Shown here in pieces: positions 47,576-59,356 of a DNA stretch of 64,000 bases (position 1 is the stretch's first letter; every line of letters begins with the position of its first letter). Location: NCBI GenBank assembly GCA_964035575.1, contig OZ037841.1, positions 496,001 through 560,000 on the forward strand, written 5' to 3'. Source of the stretch: Rhynchopus sp. YZ270_cl-10. Lineage: Eukaryota. The translations under genes and the position numbers were made by a program. The notes under the pieces are model-generated. The model searched no databases. It saw only the letters and a program-made list of their open reading frames with translations, and was not told the origin of the DNA.

Positions 47576-49705
47576 TTTCAAAAAAAAAAAGGGAAGTTGA
47601 AAGTGCAAATGCCTTACCACTCATCGGCGGACGCAGGACGCTGGTCACGGTGAATAGAAAAGTGCTCTACTCTTCCAACGGGATGTTCTTTGTCATTGGG
47701 AAAGAATCGTGGGGAGTGTGGGGGGTTAAAACAAACAAACAAAAATACTGGTACGGAAGGTATGAACGGAACGAAATACAAAATTTAACAAAGAAAAGGG
47801 GGGGAAAACACAAAAAAAAAGAAAAAGAAAAAAATAGAAACCTCTGGCTCTGCCTACTACACCGAGAATGACTTCACTCGTGGAGACTGGTTCCCCTGTC
47901 TCCCCAGCTCTCGTTTCATCCCGCGTCGCCAGTCCTGCTTACCAGAAGTGGCCCACTTAGAACCAGGATTCTACGCCAGGGTACAAATAAGATACCCCGA
48001 GCCTCCCCATATTTTTTTAGTACTTGCGGACAAAAAAAAGAATCGAAAAATAGAAAAATAGAAAAACAAAACAGCTGAGCCTAATAAGCTTCTGTGAGCA
48101 CTGTGCTGAAACGTCAAAAAAAAACAGCGTGATCAACAAATGTGCCCTGATAACTGAAATGATTACTAAAAAAAAACACACAAAGTTTGACGAAACCGCC
48201 TCAACGGGTGTATTCATCACTTTCAAAAATAAACAAAACTTTTTTAAAATAAAATAACCGGCAAGACACAGATAGATACTTGCACCCACAGAGAAAGAAA
48301 AAGGCGGACAGAGAGGCTACGAAGAGATATTGTGATTTAGAAAAAAAAAGAAGAAAAAAAAAACGAAAGCAAACTTCGAAGATAAATGCGCCTCTCTCGT
48401 ACACACATCTTCAAAAATGTTTCATATACTAACTATTCTACTGAATAGAAGGCATAATAAAAAAAGAAAAAGGGGGACTAAGCTGAGAAGACTCCCCCCT
48501 CGCTCCCTCCCCCCTCCCCTCCATGAAATTGTGTGAATAATTCTGAACAAGTTCAGGCACCGTGCAGCGTCTTTGTAAATAAGGTGTTAGCAGTTTCGGT
48601 GCTGGTGCGCACTCAAACAGAATTTCTTTTTAAATACGAATAGTCCCATAGAGTCCATAGAGCCCCCGAATAGGGGGGGAAGTGGAAAAAAAAAAGAGAT
48701 GATAGTGCAAACGCCTCTGGGACGCAGACACTGCAAAAAAAAAAAATCCCCCCCCCCCCCCCCCGTCCTCCTTGGTTGTATTGAGGCAACCTGAGGCTGC
48801 GCTTCATGCATTTATCTAAAAAAAGCAGAGTTATTTGTTTTCTTTGACGTATGCACCCTCATTTCTTTATTGTCACTATTTATTTCGTTTTTTTTTAATT
48901 TTTGTTTCTCTACGCAACTTCAGAGTGCGTTCATATACTGTTTTCTCCTCCCGAATAAGGCAGGAAAGTTTATAAGATGACTAAGCCTCTCGTGCTTAGT
49001 CAGCTAAAATAAAATAAAAAAAAATACAGATTATCCGACGAGTTGATCATGGTGTTTTATTTCTTTTTGAAAACTTGGTTGTATTAGTGTAGACACCCAA
49101 GGATGAACTCCACTATATCTAAATCTTTTTCTTCCAACATCTGCGATTCTTTTATCGCAGTTATCGTTTTCTGGGATTTATTTCTCTGCGTAATTTTTCT
49201 TCTTCTTCTTTTCTTCTTTTCTTCTTTTCAAATATTGGTTTCTTTTTTCGTGAGTGGTAACGCTGTTATTCGGGTGGGTGCGACAATCACTTTTGCAGAT
49301 AGCTCAAGGAGTCTGCTATATATTTACGCTTTAGATGCACAACAGTAGATGAAAAAAAACACACTTTTTCAATTTATTTTTTTTGCTCTTGGATTTGAGA
49401 ACAAAACTTCATTGGGGTACAAAGTTCTTTCTCTTTTGATTATTGATTAAATACAGTGCCTGCCAGGAAGACACTGTCTTCACTCTGAAAACACTACAAT
49501 ACATTGACGTAAATATATCTATACCTTTCCCACAAACAACATCCACTCATTATCCAAAAATAAAAAAGAAAAGTTTGAAAGTGCAAAAAAAAAAAAAAAG
49601 GGAAAAGTCACTTAGTGCCCAAGTTTGTTGTACCCATTTAGGATAATACCCAGTGGGTATTATCCTAAATTATTTGGGTATTATCCTAAATTATTTTGGG
49701 TATTA

Positions 49706-49797
49706 TGGGTACTGGGTACTGGGTACTGGGTACTGGGTACTGGGTACTGGGTACTGGGTACTGGGTACTGGGTACTGGGTACTGGGTACTGGGTACC
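49706..49797. repeat. (CTGGGTA)n tandem repeat at the TIR/core junction of element B
   Basis: 7-bp tandem units. Confidence 0.95.
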
Positions 49798-50334
49798 CAG
49801 AGAAGGCACCTTGACAGCAGCGAAGGCGCAAGACAAGGTATGTAAATATGTTAACTTTATGGTGAATATTCAACAAAGTAAGGCCGTCGACTCGTATTTC
49901 CTCCAAAAAGTCTCCAGAACAATATTTTACACCCTCAGGCCAACTTATTTTTTACACTCAATCCCAAATTTTTGTCCAAACTGGGTATTTTTTTAAATAA
50001 AGAACAACTATTCAAAACCGTAAAATTCTTGCTTTAATTGATTTTTCTGGTAAAACCTATGAACACGCAAAAAAAATCGACCAGATTCGTTGAGTGACTA
50101 AAACCCAATCACCCATAGAGAGAGAGACCCAAAACGGTGATTTTCCCTGTAATTCCTTAAGGAATTGCCTTTGCCATTTGAAAAAATATTATGACCGCAA
50201 AAATGGCAACATGTAATCTGTGATGCTCAAAAGTGCAAAATTCTTGCTCCAATGGATTCTCCGGGTATATATTGTACCTGGAGAATATGCTCATATCACT
50301 CTTCAGACCATCTGGGGTATGGTCACACACAGGT

Positions 50335-51061
50335 AGTATACACAGTATACACAGTATACACAGTATACACAGTATACACAGTATACACAGTATACACAGT
50401 ATACACAGTATACACAGTATACACAGTATACACAGTATACACAGTATACACAGTATACACAGTATACACAGTATACACAGTATACACAGTATACACAGTA
50501 TACACAGTATACACAGTATACACAGTATACACAGTATACACAGTATACACAGTATACACAGTATACACAGTATACACAGTATACACAGTATACACAGTAT
50601 ACACAGAAAACACAGTATACACAGTATACACAGAAAACACAGGGGATTGGGAGTGCAGTACAGTACAGTACAGTACAGTACAGTACAGTACAGTACAGTA
50701 CAGTACAGTACAGTACAGTACAGTACAGTACAGTACAGTACAGTACAGTACAGTACAGTACAGTACAGTACAGTACAGTACAGTACAGTACAGTACAGTA
50801 CAGTACAGTACAGTACAGTACAGTACAGTACAGTACAGTACAGTACAGTACAGTACAGTACAGTACAGTACAGTACAGTACAGTACAGTACAGTACAGTA
50901 CAGTACAGTACAGTACAGTACAGTACAGTACAGTACAGTACAGTACAGTACAGTACAGTACAGTACAGTACAGTACAGTACAGTACAGTACAGTACAGTA
51001 CAGTACAGTACAGTACAGTACAGTACAGTACAGTACAGTACGGTACAGTACAGTACAGTAC
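50335..51061. repeat. Adjacent (AGTATACAC)n and (CAGTA)n tandem arrays
   Basis: 9-bp array at 50335-50641 and 5-bp array at 50656-51061, both nearly perfect. Confidence 0.97.
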
Positions 51062-51112
51062 ACATATCAGACAAGATCTCGTTAGGCGTATACTTCTGGG
51101 CCTCGTTCACTT

Positions 51113-52956
51113 CACCATGGACTCGTAATGACATTACGCGCGTCATGACGAGGTAATTACGAGTGCCTTGACGAGGGCACCCCCTCGTAATTACGAGGGG
51201 GTGCCCTCGTCATGACGAGGTAATTACGAGGGCACCCCCTCGTAATTACCTCGTCATGACGTCGTCATGACGTGGGCACCCAGGTACCCAGGTACCCAGG
51301 TACCCCCAATGACATAACGAAGTATCGCTTGAAAGTACCTTTCAATATACCTTGCTTGGGTGTGCATGAAGTAGCACACACAAGGTATATCAAACGATAA
51401 ATCAATCAGATAAAACGTTACATCATCGGAAAATTGTTGGCACCGCCGCCCTGTCTTCGTATTTATTACGTCGACAGGCCAAACAGCGTTGGGCTCAGAA
51501 GAAGCAGTGCAAGACACTGGGGATCAACATGAGAACCAACTCCCAACAACACAGGCTACCGAAGTAGCAGGTGGGGTGTTGCGGGTGTTTGGGGTGAGAA
51601 AATCGATTTTGGTAAGTTACAGCAGAAAATTCTTAAGTTTGCACTAGTCGAGAAGGGTTACCACTGCTCACCGAGCGGTGCACCCATTTAAGGGTGGAGA
51701 AGCGTGACACGCACATACAAGTATGCACATTACTTCAACAAAGGCTGAATTCTGGTAATTCTAAGGGATGTGAATTACAGCCACCACATGGTTGTCATTA
51801 GGCTACTACCTTCGTCGTAGACGTATACAAAGGTTTCGCCCCCTTCTCTTTCATGCAAACTTAAGAAAATCCTGAAGTAACTACAACCTGGCGTGCGGGT
51901 ACAGATGCATTGCTTTGTTCTTTCCTCAAAGTCATGTGTGATCTCTCGGGTCTGTACTAAAGTCAGTGTTTAGATAAGCATCCACTTGACTCGTTCTAAC
52001 AACCGTTGAAATCTAGAACAAAACAACACACTGCCCCTTCTCACACCAAGCCGCCATGCTTCAAGAGCATGCCCTGGGCAAAAATTACTGTGACAAAAAT
52101 TAGTTTCCTGGGGGAACGCAATATTTTCTTGTGCCTAGTCCTCCGCAAGAGCAGAGGACAGACTTTCCGGATCCCGAAGTCGAATTTCTTGCACTAGCTA
52201 TGCTCCCTGGGTTAAATGGCTATAGCAGTGACTGACAAAGAGTTTCCCAGAGGAAGAAAGAACCTGTGGCGTAGAGTTGCGGGTTTTCATCGTTTATCAT
52301 GTTTTTGAAAACTGTCATCCTGTGAGGGTGTTTTTGGAGGTGTGGTGGAAAAAGGAACAGAAAAAAACAAGAAATATTACCCTCCCAGAATTCTTACGAT
52401 TACGGTATTATAATGGACACAGGATATCGTAAAATATCCGTGGTTTTTGAGAGGAGAACTGCGTATTTGTGTACCCCCAGATGGTCCATTAAAAAATTGT
52501 GTTCTTTTACTTGGCCACTACCTAAATCTCGACCTTTATTTAAAAATTTTTTTATGCTGAGCCAAAGTAGTCGGTAAAGAAAAATATGGGGGAAGGAGGA
52601 AAAAAAACCGCAAAAACGCGTTTTAGACCCCCACAGATGCTCAAAAGCATCAAATTTTGCTTTTAATGGCCTCAAATCGTCGAAATTAGCCCTTTATAGG
52701 GGCAAAAAAAAAAAATTCGAGAGTCCCTTTCCCTGGGAGGCAATAGCCAGACAATGACCACGGGAGCACCCCTCGTAATTACGAGGGCACCCCTCGTCAT
52801 GACGTCGTAATGCCGTCGTCGTGACGAGGAAAACCCCACGTCATGACGTCGTCATTACGAGGGGGTGCCCGCGTCGTGACGACGTCATTGCGCGCGTAAT
52901 TTCCCACGTAATTTCCCTCGTCCCTCGTCACGTAATGTCATTACAAGTCCATGGTG
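51113..52956. mobile_element. Element D nested in C; CAC termini, TT flanks
   Basis: TIR CACCATGGACTCGTAATGACATTACG / CGTAATGTCATTACAAGTCCATGGTG; subterminal CGTCATGACG and CTCGTAATTACGAG palindromes; TT on both sides. Confidence 0.85.
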
Positions 52957-55213
52957 TTCATAAACCACAGATGCAATTTTTTGAGCCTACGACCCCGCAT
53001 TTAACTCATTTCGATCCGCTGATTTCAATCCCAAAAAATATTTCAAAAAAATATTTCTGGTGTGGCACCTTAACCGATTCTGCGTGGTTCTACCCGTTGT
53101 CCCTCCGTAAAGGGGGGGTATGAATGTTGGAAAACAGGCCTTCATAGGCACCTTCGGTACAACGTCGCAGGCAGGCCAAACAGCGTTTTAAATTTGTTGT
53201 TTGTGAGCTACCCGCATGTGGAAGGCCCACTTCTCAGAATTCACGACATCTTTTCTCGACCCGATCGGTGGAGTACATATTTGTTATCACCCCCTGGTTA
53301 CCCTACTTACACATTTTCAAAAGAATCGGCGTTGAAGAAAATCAGAATGCTCGATGTTCACTCGTGGGATAGTTTTTTGCTCGATTTATTTAGTGGAGTA
53401 ACTAATTAGTAATCGTATTCTCGGACAAAAATTCGGGACGAGGTGTTAGATAATTCCCCTGTATTTTACTAAGGGAAAATCCCTAGTAAAATACAGGCAA
53501 AAATCCAGGTAAAAATCACTTTGTCTCGATTTTTTAGTAAAAATACAGGGTGCAACGAAACCAGAAAAAAACTTCGCCATTGGACGTTTCTGGGTTCCGA
53601 GCTTTTAACGCAAAAAAAATCTATTTTTTTTTCGCGAAATTTTTTGACTTAACACTGCTTGTGCTTAGAAAACCCGAATTTTTTACCCTTCAAAATTGCA
53701 TTTGAGGAACTCACAACGCGTCAAAACGAAAAGGTCGTTTTTGGCACTTTTAAAACCGGGCTCCGCTGAGTTCACCATATTTTTGCTCGATTTATTTAGT
53801 GGAGTAACTAATTAGTAATCGTATTCTCGGACAAAAATTCGGGACGAGGTGTTAAAGAAATCACCTTCTTTAAATTCCCCACCACTCACAACTTCACTTT
53901 TAAACAGGTATCGCGAGTGCAACATCGAGAACCAACTGTGCAGAACGAGCGAACATATGGGGTGGAAAGGGGGGTGGGAACACTCTGTCAGTCACTGCTA
54001 TTGCCATTAACCCAGGGAGCATAGCTAGTGCAAGAAATTCGACTTTGGAAACCTTCCGGAAAGTCTGTCCTCTGATTGCGGAGGACGAGGCACAAGAAAA
54101 TATTGCGTTCCCCCAGAAAACCAGTGCACATTTCACACTCCTTGTGGGTAGTCTTGTTGCCTTTTTTGTCGAGTAATTTTGGCCCAGGCATGCTCTTGAA
54201 GCATGACAATTTAGTGTGTATGGGGCAGGGTGTTGTTTTGTTCTGAATTCTCTTTGTTATAACATCTAAGTCAATCTCGGGTGGTGGTTTGTGTAGCGTG
54301 AGGCACTCTTTTTAGCAAACTTCCTGCGGCTGCTAAAGTGTTATTTCTTCGGATTTAACAACGTACAGCGTAACATAGTGGTTTAGCCTGGTCGACACAA
54401 CCTTTGATAGATACGGGATAACCAACCCCCTTCGACCCCTCGTGGGTTCACTGAACAAGCCCTCGTGGTAGTTAAACGCGATTGACATTTACATTCCTAG
54501 AGATGAAAGAACAAGATAACACTTCTGTACCCGCGCATCAAAATTGTGGAAAACTTTGCACCCCAAACACCCTCAACAACGCCCGCCAAAAGGCGCCCCT
54601 TGTTGCTGGGAGTTGTTCTCATGTTTGATACCTGCACAGCGGGCATTCCTCTGAGTCCAACGCATGTTTGGCCTGTCTGCGGCGTTGTACTTCAGGTGCA
54701 CGAAGACAGGGTCTGGTGGTAAATTTTGCGTAGTGTCGCATTCCCTCATGTGTGGGTCACTCACACTTGGCGGTCATGTGCCACTGCGTGGGTCTGGGAA
54801 TTTGGGTACCTGGGTACAGGAAATTTGTTGTGGAAGACATCAACCACCATGCATTGAGGAGGGTAAGACAGTGTTCGCAGTTTCTACCTGATAGCATTAC
54901 AACATTTAACTTCTCCACGGGGGTCTTGGGCCGTTCACTCGGTTCTACCTTGACTACCGGAAGATATTCTTGAGGCCTTTTTGGTCTCTAGAATATCCGG
55001 TCTTCCCGAACGGAGGCACACTTTGTGTGTTACTACGACCTGGCAATTTCCAGCAGTAGGTTAAGTAATCTTTCTTGTAAATTGTTGGATCATTATCTCC
55101 TCAGTGCATGAATGCCCCACGTGACTGGACACTTTTGTGTTTGTCATGTGGAGCTGTGGTTGCTCTTTCACGACTTTTTTCCTGTTCCTGGGGACCTGTT
55201 CCTGGACCTGGAC

Positions 55214-55364
55214 CTGGGTACCTGGGTACCTGGGTACCTGGGTACCTGGGTACCTGGGTACCTGGGTACCTGGGTACCTGGGTACCTGGGTACCTGGGTA
55301 CCTGGGTACCTGGGTACCTGGGTACCTGGGTACCTGGGTACCTGGGTACCTGGGTACCTGGGTA
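55214..55364. repeat. (CCTGGGTA)n tandem repeat at the TIR/core junction of element B
   Basis: 8-bp tandem units; short versions occur at ~30183 and ~51278. Confidence 0.95.
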
Positions 55365-55516
55365 CTGGGTACCCAGTACCCAGTACCCAAAAATAATTTA
55401 GGATAATACCCAAATAATTTAGGATAATACCCACTGGGTATTATCCTAAATGGGTACTAGAAACTTGGGTACTAGCCTAATTACCCCAAAAAAAAAAAAA
55501 AACGCCTCACCGTACA

Positions 55517-56392
55517 CAGAGCTCGCGCTAAAGTCCATCCCTCATCCCGGGATTTTTGGGGGTTTTGGTAGGAACGTTTTTTTTTTGCAGTACGGGGATT
55601 TCATTAAGAAACCAGAAGTTCTAATATTGTTGAGTAAGACCACCACATAGTGGACTTGCATATACATGTGACCCCGCCGTGGAACGCAATTGGCTCGGAA
55701 AGTCAAAAGAAAGAGGAGAAAAAAAGAAAAGGAAAAAAAAAAAAAAGTTGGTTACCGTGCGCCTGCGGCGCTGCCTGTTCCCTTCCAGTTTCTACAGGCA
55801 AACACTTGCCCCCTTTACCTTACACTGACGGGTTTTGACCAAAACCAAGAACTTGTCCATTTCGGCAAATTGACCCCACCACAGAACGGACGAATTCCGG
55901 AAATGCAAATGCCGGTGTTTTCGCGCATTTTCATGTTGCAAGACGTTCAGGATCAGGGAGAGAAAATCTGGTTGTGGGATTTACATTGGCCCTCTTTACC
56001 CACATGGATTTTGACCAAAACCAAAAAATTGGCCATTTCGGCAAAGTGACCCCACCACAGCGCGGACGGATTCCGGAAATTCCAATCGCGGTATGTTTTG
56101 GGGCTGAAAACCCACTGATTTTCAGGAGAAAAATTGCTTCCAAATCTCGGAATTTTCCGAATTTTCCTGAAAATGACCCTTGTTTACGAGTATGGGTTCA
56201 TATTTTGCGAAAATTTAAGTCACTAAAATTTTGTCCATTTTTCCGTATATACCCCACCACAAGCCGGGATTGGCCCGGAAATGCCACAAAACGGGGTTTC
56301 CGGGCCTCCCCAGCTAACCTTTTCAAGGAACGTTTTTCCGTACCCGAAATCCATTTTTTCCCCATTTTTTCCCATAATTAGCGCGACCACTG
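55517..56392. mobile_element. hAT-type MITE with an 8-bp TSD
   Basis: TIR CAGAGCTCGCGCTAA / TTAGCGCGACCACTG; ACCGTACA duplicated at 55509-55516 and 56393-56400. Confidence 0.9.
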
Positions 56393-56632
56393 ACCGTACA
56401 TCGGCGGACGCAAAAGCACTGTGAAAACAAAAAAAACGTAAACAACATAATGTGCCTCTTAGAGCGTACACATCTTAACATGAAGAAAAAAAAATGCACA
56501 TAAAAAAAAAAAAAAAAGTTTTTTTTTTCGTTAGATGAACGTAAGCCTGTGGAGAAACACATTCTTCATCGATTGGGCAATTTAAATCTCTCTCTTTTTT
56601 TGATTTTTTTTTTTTGAAAACTTGGTTGTATA

Positions 56633-57240
56633 CAGGGGTTAAGTTAGCTTTTTTTTTTTCTCGCTGAGTCGGGTTTTCTGGGTTTTTTTCGATTTTTCTG
56701 GATTTTGCGAAAAATAACCAATCCCCTCCGCGAGTGCAGCGAGCGGGAAAATTTTAAGGTGCACCTCCGCGAGCGTAGCGAGCGAAAAAAAAATTCCGCG
56801 ATTTTTGGGCAAAGTTCAAAAATCCCACCAAAAAATGGGGGGCTGGGGATTTTTGGATTTGTCCTAACAATTTTGGAGCATAAATTTGAAGAACAGGACT
56901 GGTGTACCCCTCACCGACCTCAGTTCCCACGTCCTGCTTCACCCGCACTCTCGCAACACTAGTACTGAACCCGAAGTTCGCCAGAGATCCCTGTTGCCTC
57001 TTCATATGAATAATTCCCAGTTCTGACCGGGGGTTTGTTTGGGTCGGGAGGATATTTTTTTTCTTAGAGGGTAGGGTGGGGGCTCCGCCCCCACCCCTAC
57101 CCCACCTTCCCAGCCTACACCACCCAAAAATTTGGATTTTTTTTTTCGGATTCCATTTTTTTTTTTTTTTTTTTTGAAAAACCCGAAAACCCGAAAACCG
57201 GGTTTTGAAAACCCAGAAACCCGCCCTAACTTAACCCCTG
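56633..57240. mobile_element. hAT-type MITE with an 8-bp TSD
   Basis: Perfect 15-bp TIR CAGGGGTTAAGTTAG / CTAACTTAACCCCTG; GTTGTATA duplicated at 56625-56632 and 57241-57248. Inserted in an R5-like repeat. Confidence 0.93.
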
Positions 57241-57276
57241 GTTGTATAGAGTGTTCTGCTCCACTCTTCGTTTTTT

Positions 57277-58833
57277 TTATTCCTCACACATTACCCCAAA
57301 GAGCTCTGGATACAGCTGTTCATCTGTTACTGAAAACCCTCCTACCGACCCTCTCCCCAACGCGGGAAACGGTGTATCGCACCTTGGTAGCCCCATATCG
57401 TCGTCTTCCTCGTCTTCCTCTTCTAGGTTGTCACTCCCATCTGCTTCATCCACAGCCCATAGGGAGCCCCCTTCCCCGTCATGAGAAGCCGCGAATTGAA
57501 AGCAGAAGAGAGATTGTGTGGTGACGGTGTTGTCCTTTGCCCTGCAGACGCCACCTCTCCTTGCGAAGAAAGGGGAAGAACAGGAAGAGCTGGAGGAGGT
57601 GGAGGAGGAGGAGGAGGAGGAGGTGGACGACGCATCGTCGGCAACTTCGTCGGGGGTGGGGAGGGTGGTGGTGTTGTTGTCATCGTCGTCGCTGGTGGTG
57701 TGGAAGCCGTCGTCTTCGTCAGCAGAATCGTCTTCTGGTGTACCCTTCTCATCCTCGTCTTCATGAAAATTAACAAAAAAGCCGAGTCGATGATGGTCAT
57801 CAGAATGCGATGAATTGTCATCCTCATCCTGGTTTGTAGTAAAAAACCGTGAGTTCTGCTCGGGAGCCTCCGTAAATGCACCCAAAAAATAGTTATTGTC
57901 GATCGTCAGCGTCGGGCACGCCGTATCAATCATTTCAACCCCTATCTCCGTTGCCGCTTCTGCCATTACCGCGGCAATCAAAGACACCAAGGTGATACTG
58001 CTTATACCGGCATCAGGGATACCACTGTCAAGACATTGAGGGGTTTCAATTGGCTCTTCTTCTTTAATACTATACTGAAACCCACAGCGTTCGGAGTGAG
58101 AATGGAGGACCAAGATGCCAGAGGTGTCGTATACAAAGGAGCATTTTGCTATTGCCCTTTCTGGGGAGGTGATGATGATGGTGACTGGGGGCAGTGTAGT
58201 GGAATAGCGGGCGAAGACACGAAGAAACCCTGTTGTGGTCCGCTTTGGCCTTACAATCTTGAGAGGTACCCCATCCTCATCCCATACCACCACACACCCT
58301 TCACGCAGCTCAGACTCCCCAAACAGCGCCTTCACCGTAACCAGATCCACCGTTTTGAAATGCCCTTCGTACTCTTCCGAAAGAACCGGCTGAACCCATT
58401 CGGGAACCGCTCCGTGCAGTTCTGTGATGGGCCGTCTCTCCACTTGGCTAACGTATTGGAGGGGTTGGCGGCAGAATCTTTGTCTACATGTGTTCAGTTC
58501 GAACGAGGTTTCATAGGTATGAGCTAGGCGTTGAAGAAACCAGACGTCGCGAATAGAAAACCACCAGGGTAGAGCGAAGGTGGAGGGTGTGTGAGGTGTC
58601 GTCGAGCTCGCGTACACCGAGGTCTCGCAAGAGGAGCGGCTGCTGCTACTGTACGGGGTGAGGTCGCCTTTGGTGTTCTGTGCGCTGCCCCGTTCCCCGA
58701 GTGTATCAGGAAAGGATTGAGGCAGAGGAAGCGACTGTGGCCTCGCTCGGTACGCGGTTGGCGCATGATCAGGGAGAACACCACGATTGCCCTGCAGACC
58801 TCCACTCATATCCGCAACACTCCCGACAGCCAT
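57277..58833 (-). CDS. Hypothetical protein with acidic, Ser-rich C-terminal region
   Basis: 518-aa ORF with coding-like composition; co-oriented; no family recognised. Confidence 0.75.
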   Translation of the reverse strand: MAVGSVADMSGGLQGNRGVLPDHAPTAYRARPQSLPLPQSFPDTLGERGSAQNTKGDLTPYSSSSRSSCETSVYASSTTPHTPSTFALPWWFSIRDVWFLQRLAHTYETSFELNTCRQRFCRQPLQYVSQVERRPITELHGAVPEWVQPVLSEEYEGHFKTVDLVTVKALFGESELREGCVVVWDEDGVPLKIVRPKRTTTGFLRVFARYSTTLPPVTIIITSPERAIAKCSFVYDTSGILVLHSHSERCGFQYSIKEEEPIETPQCLDSGIPDAGISSITLVSLIAAVMAEAATEIGVEMIDTACPTLTIDNNYFLGAFTEAPEQNSRFFTTNQDEDDNSSHSDDHHRLGFFVNFHEDEDEKGTPEDDSADEDDGFHTTSDDDDNNTTTLPTPDEVADDASSTSSSSSSSTSSSSSCSSPFFARRGGVCRAKDNTVTTQSLFCFQFAASHDGEGGSLWAVDEADGSDNLEEEDEEDDDMGLPRCDTPFPALGRGSVGGFSVTDEQLYPELFGVMCEE

Positions 58834-59356
58834 GGAAAGAATGGTTCAAAAAAAGGTCGATTTGTATGGAAAATGAAAAGATTATGAATAGTATCGATGA
58901 ATTGTGTTTTTTTTTTTCTTTTGCAAAAAAAAAAAAAAGGGGGTTCTGTGGAGTGGGGGTGGAAGAGGGGAGGGAAGAAATTACTTAAAGCCGTCCAATG
59001 AGGACGCCAAGACGACCTACCGGGCAGCAGCACAGTAGCATCAGCTGGTACGTGTCCTGACCCCTGCTGTACATCTTCGCCACGCGGGATCGGGGACAGC
59101 CGCAGGCACGAACATCCAGAACAGCAGCAGCAACGTAACAGAGATTCTCCTGAAGGAAAACAAAAAGTTGCAAGATGAACATGCCTCACATCGCATACAC
59201 AGCATAAGAAAAGCTCCTCCTTTTTTCTTTCGTTCTCAGAATTTACTAAGGGGATAGGTCAGATGGAGACTGCAACAACAACAAAAAAACAAATTTTTAA
59301 GGTTAAAAATCACTCCCTCCTGTATAGGATTTTAGATGGCCCTTCTTCTTTTCTCC

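Larger units (their letters stand above)
49955..53851. mobile_element. Element C nested in B; CAC termini, TTA TSD
   Basis: TIR CACTCAATCCCAAATTTTTGTCC / GGACAAAAATTCGGGACGAGGTG; TTA at 49952-49954 and 53852-53854. The empty site is visible in element A (~31516-31541). Confidence 0.85.
49600..55487. mobile_element. Non-autonomous element B (outer element of a nested stack), flanked by A15 tracts
   Basis: Inverted termini built from GTACCCATTTAGGATAATACCCAGTGGGTATTATCCTAAA arrays (49630-49703 vs ~55383-55457). The interior is the reverse complement of the element A interior once element C is removed. Confidence 0.85.

Noticed and set aside
50157..51156. Long ORFs (246-329 aa) in several frames
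   Set aside because: They are translations of stop-free 5-bp and 9-bp tandem repeats.
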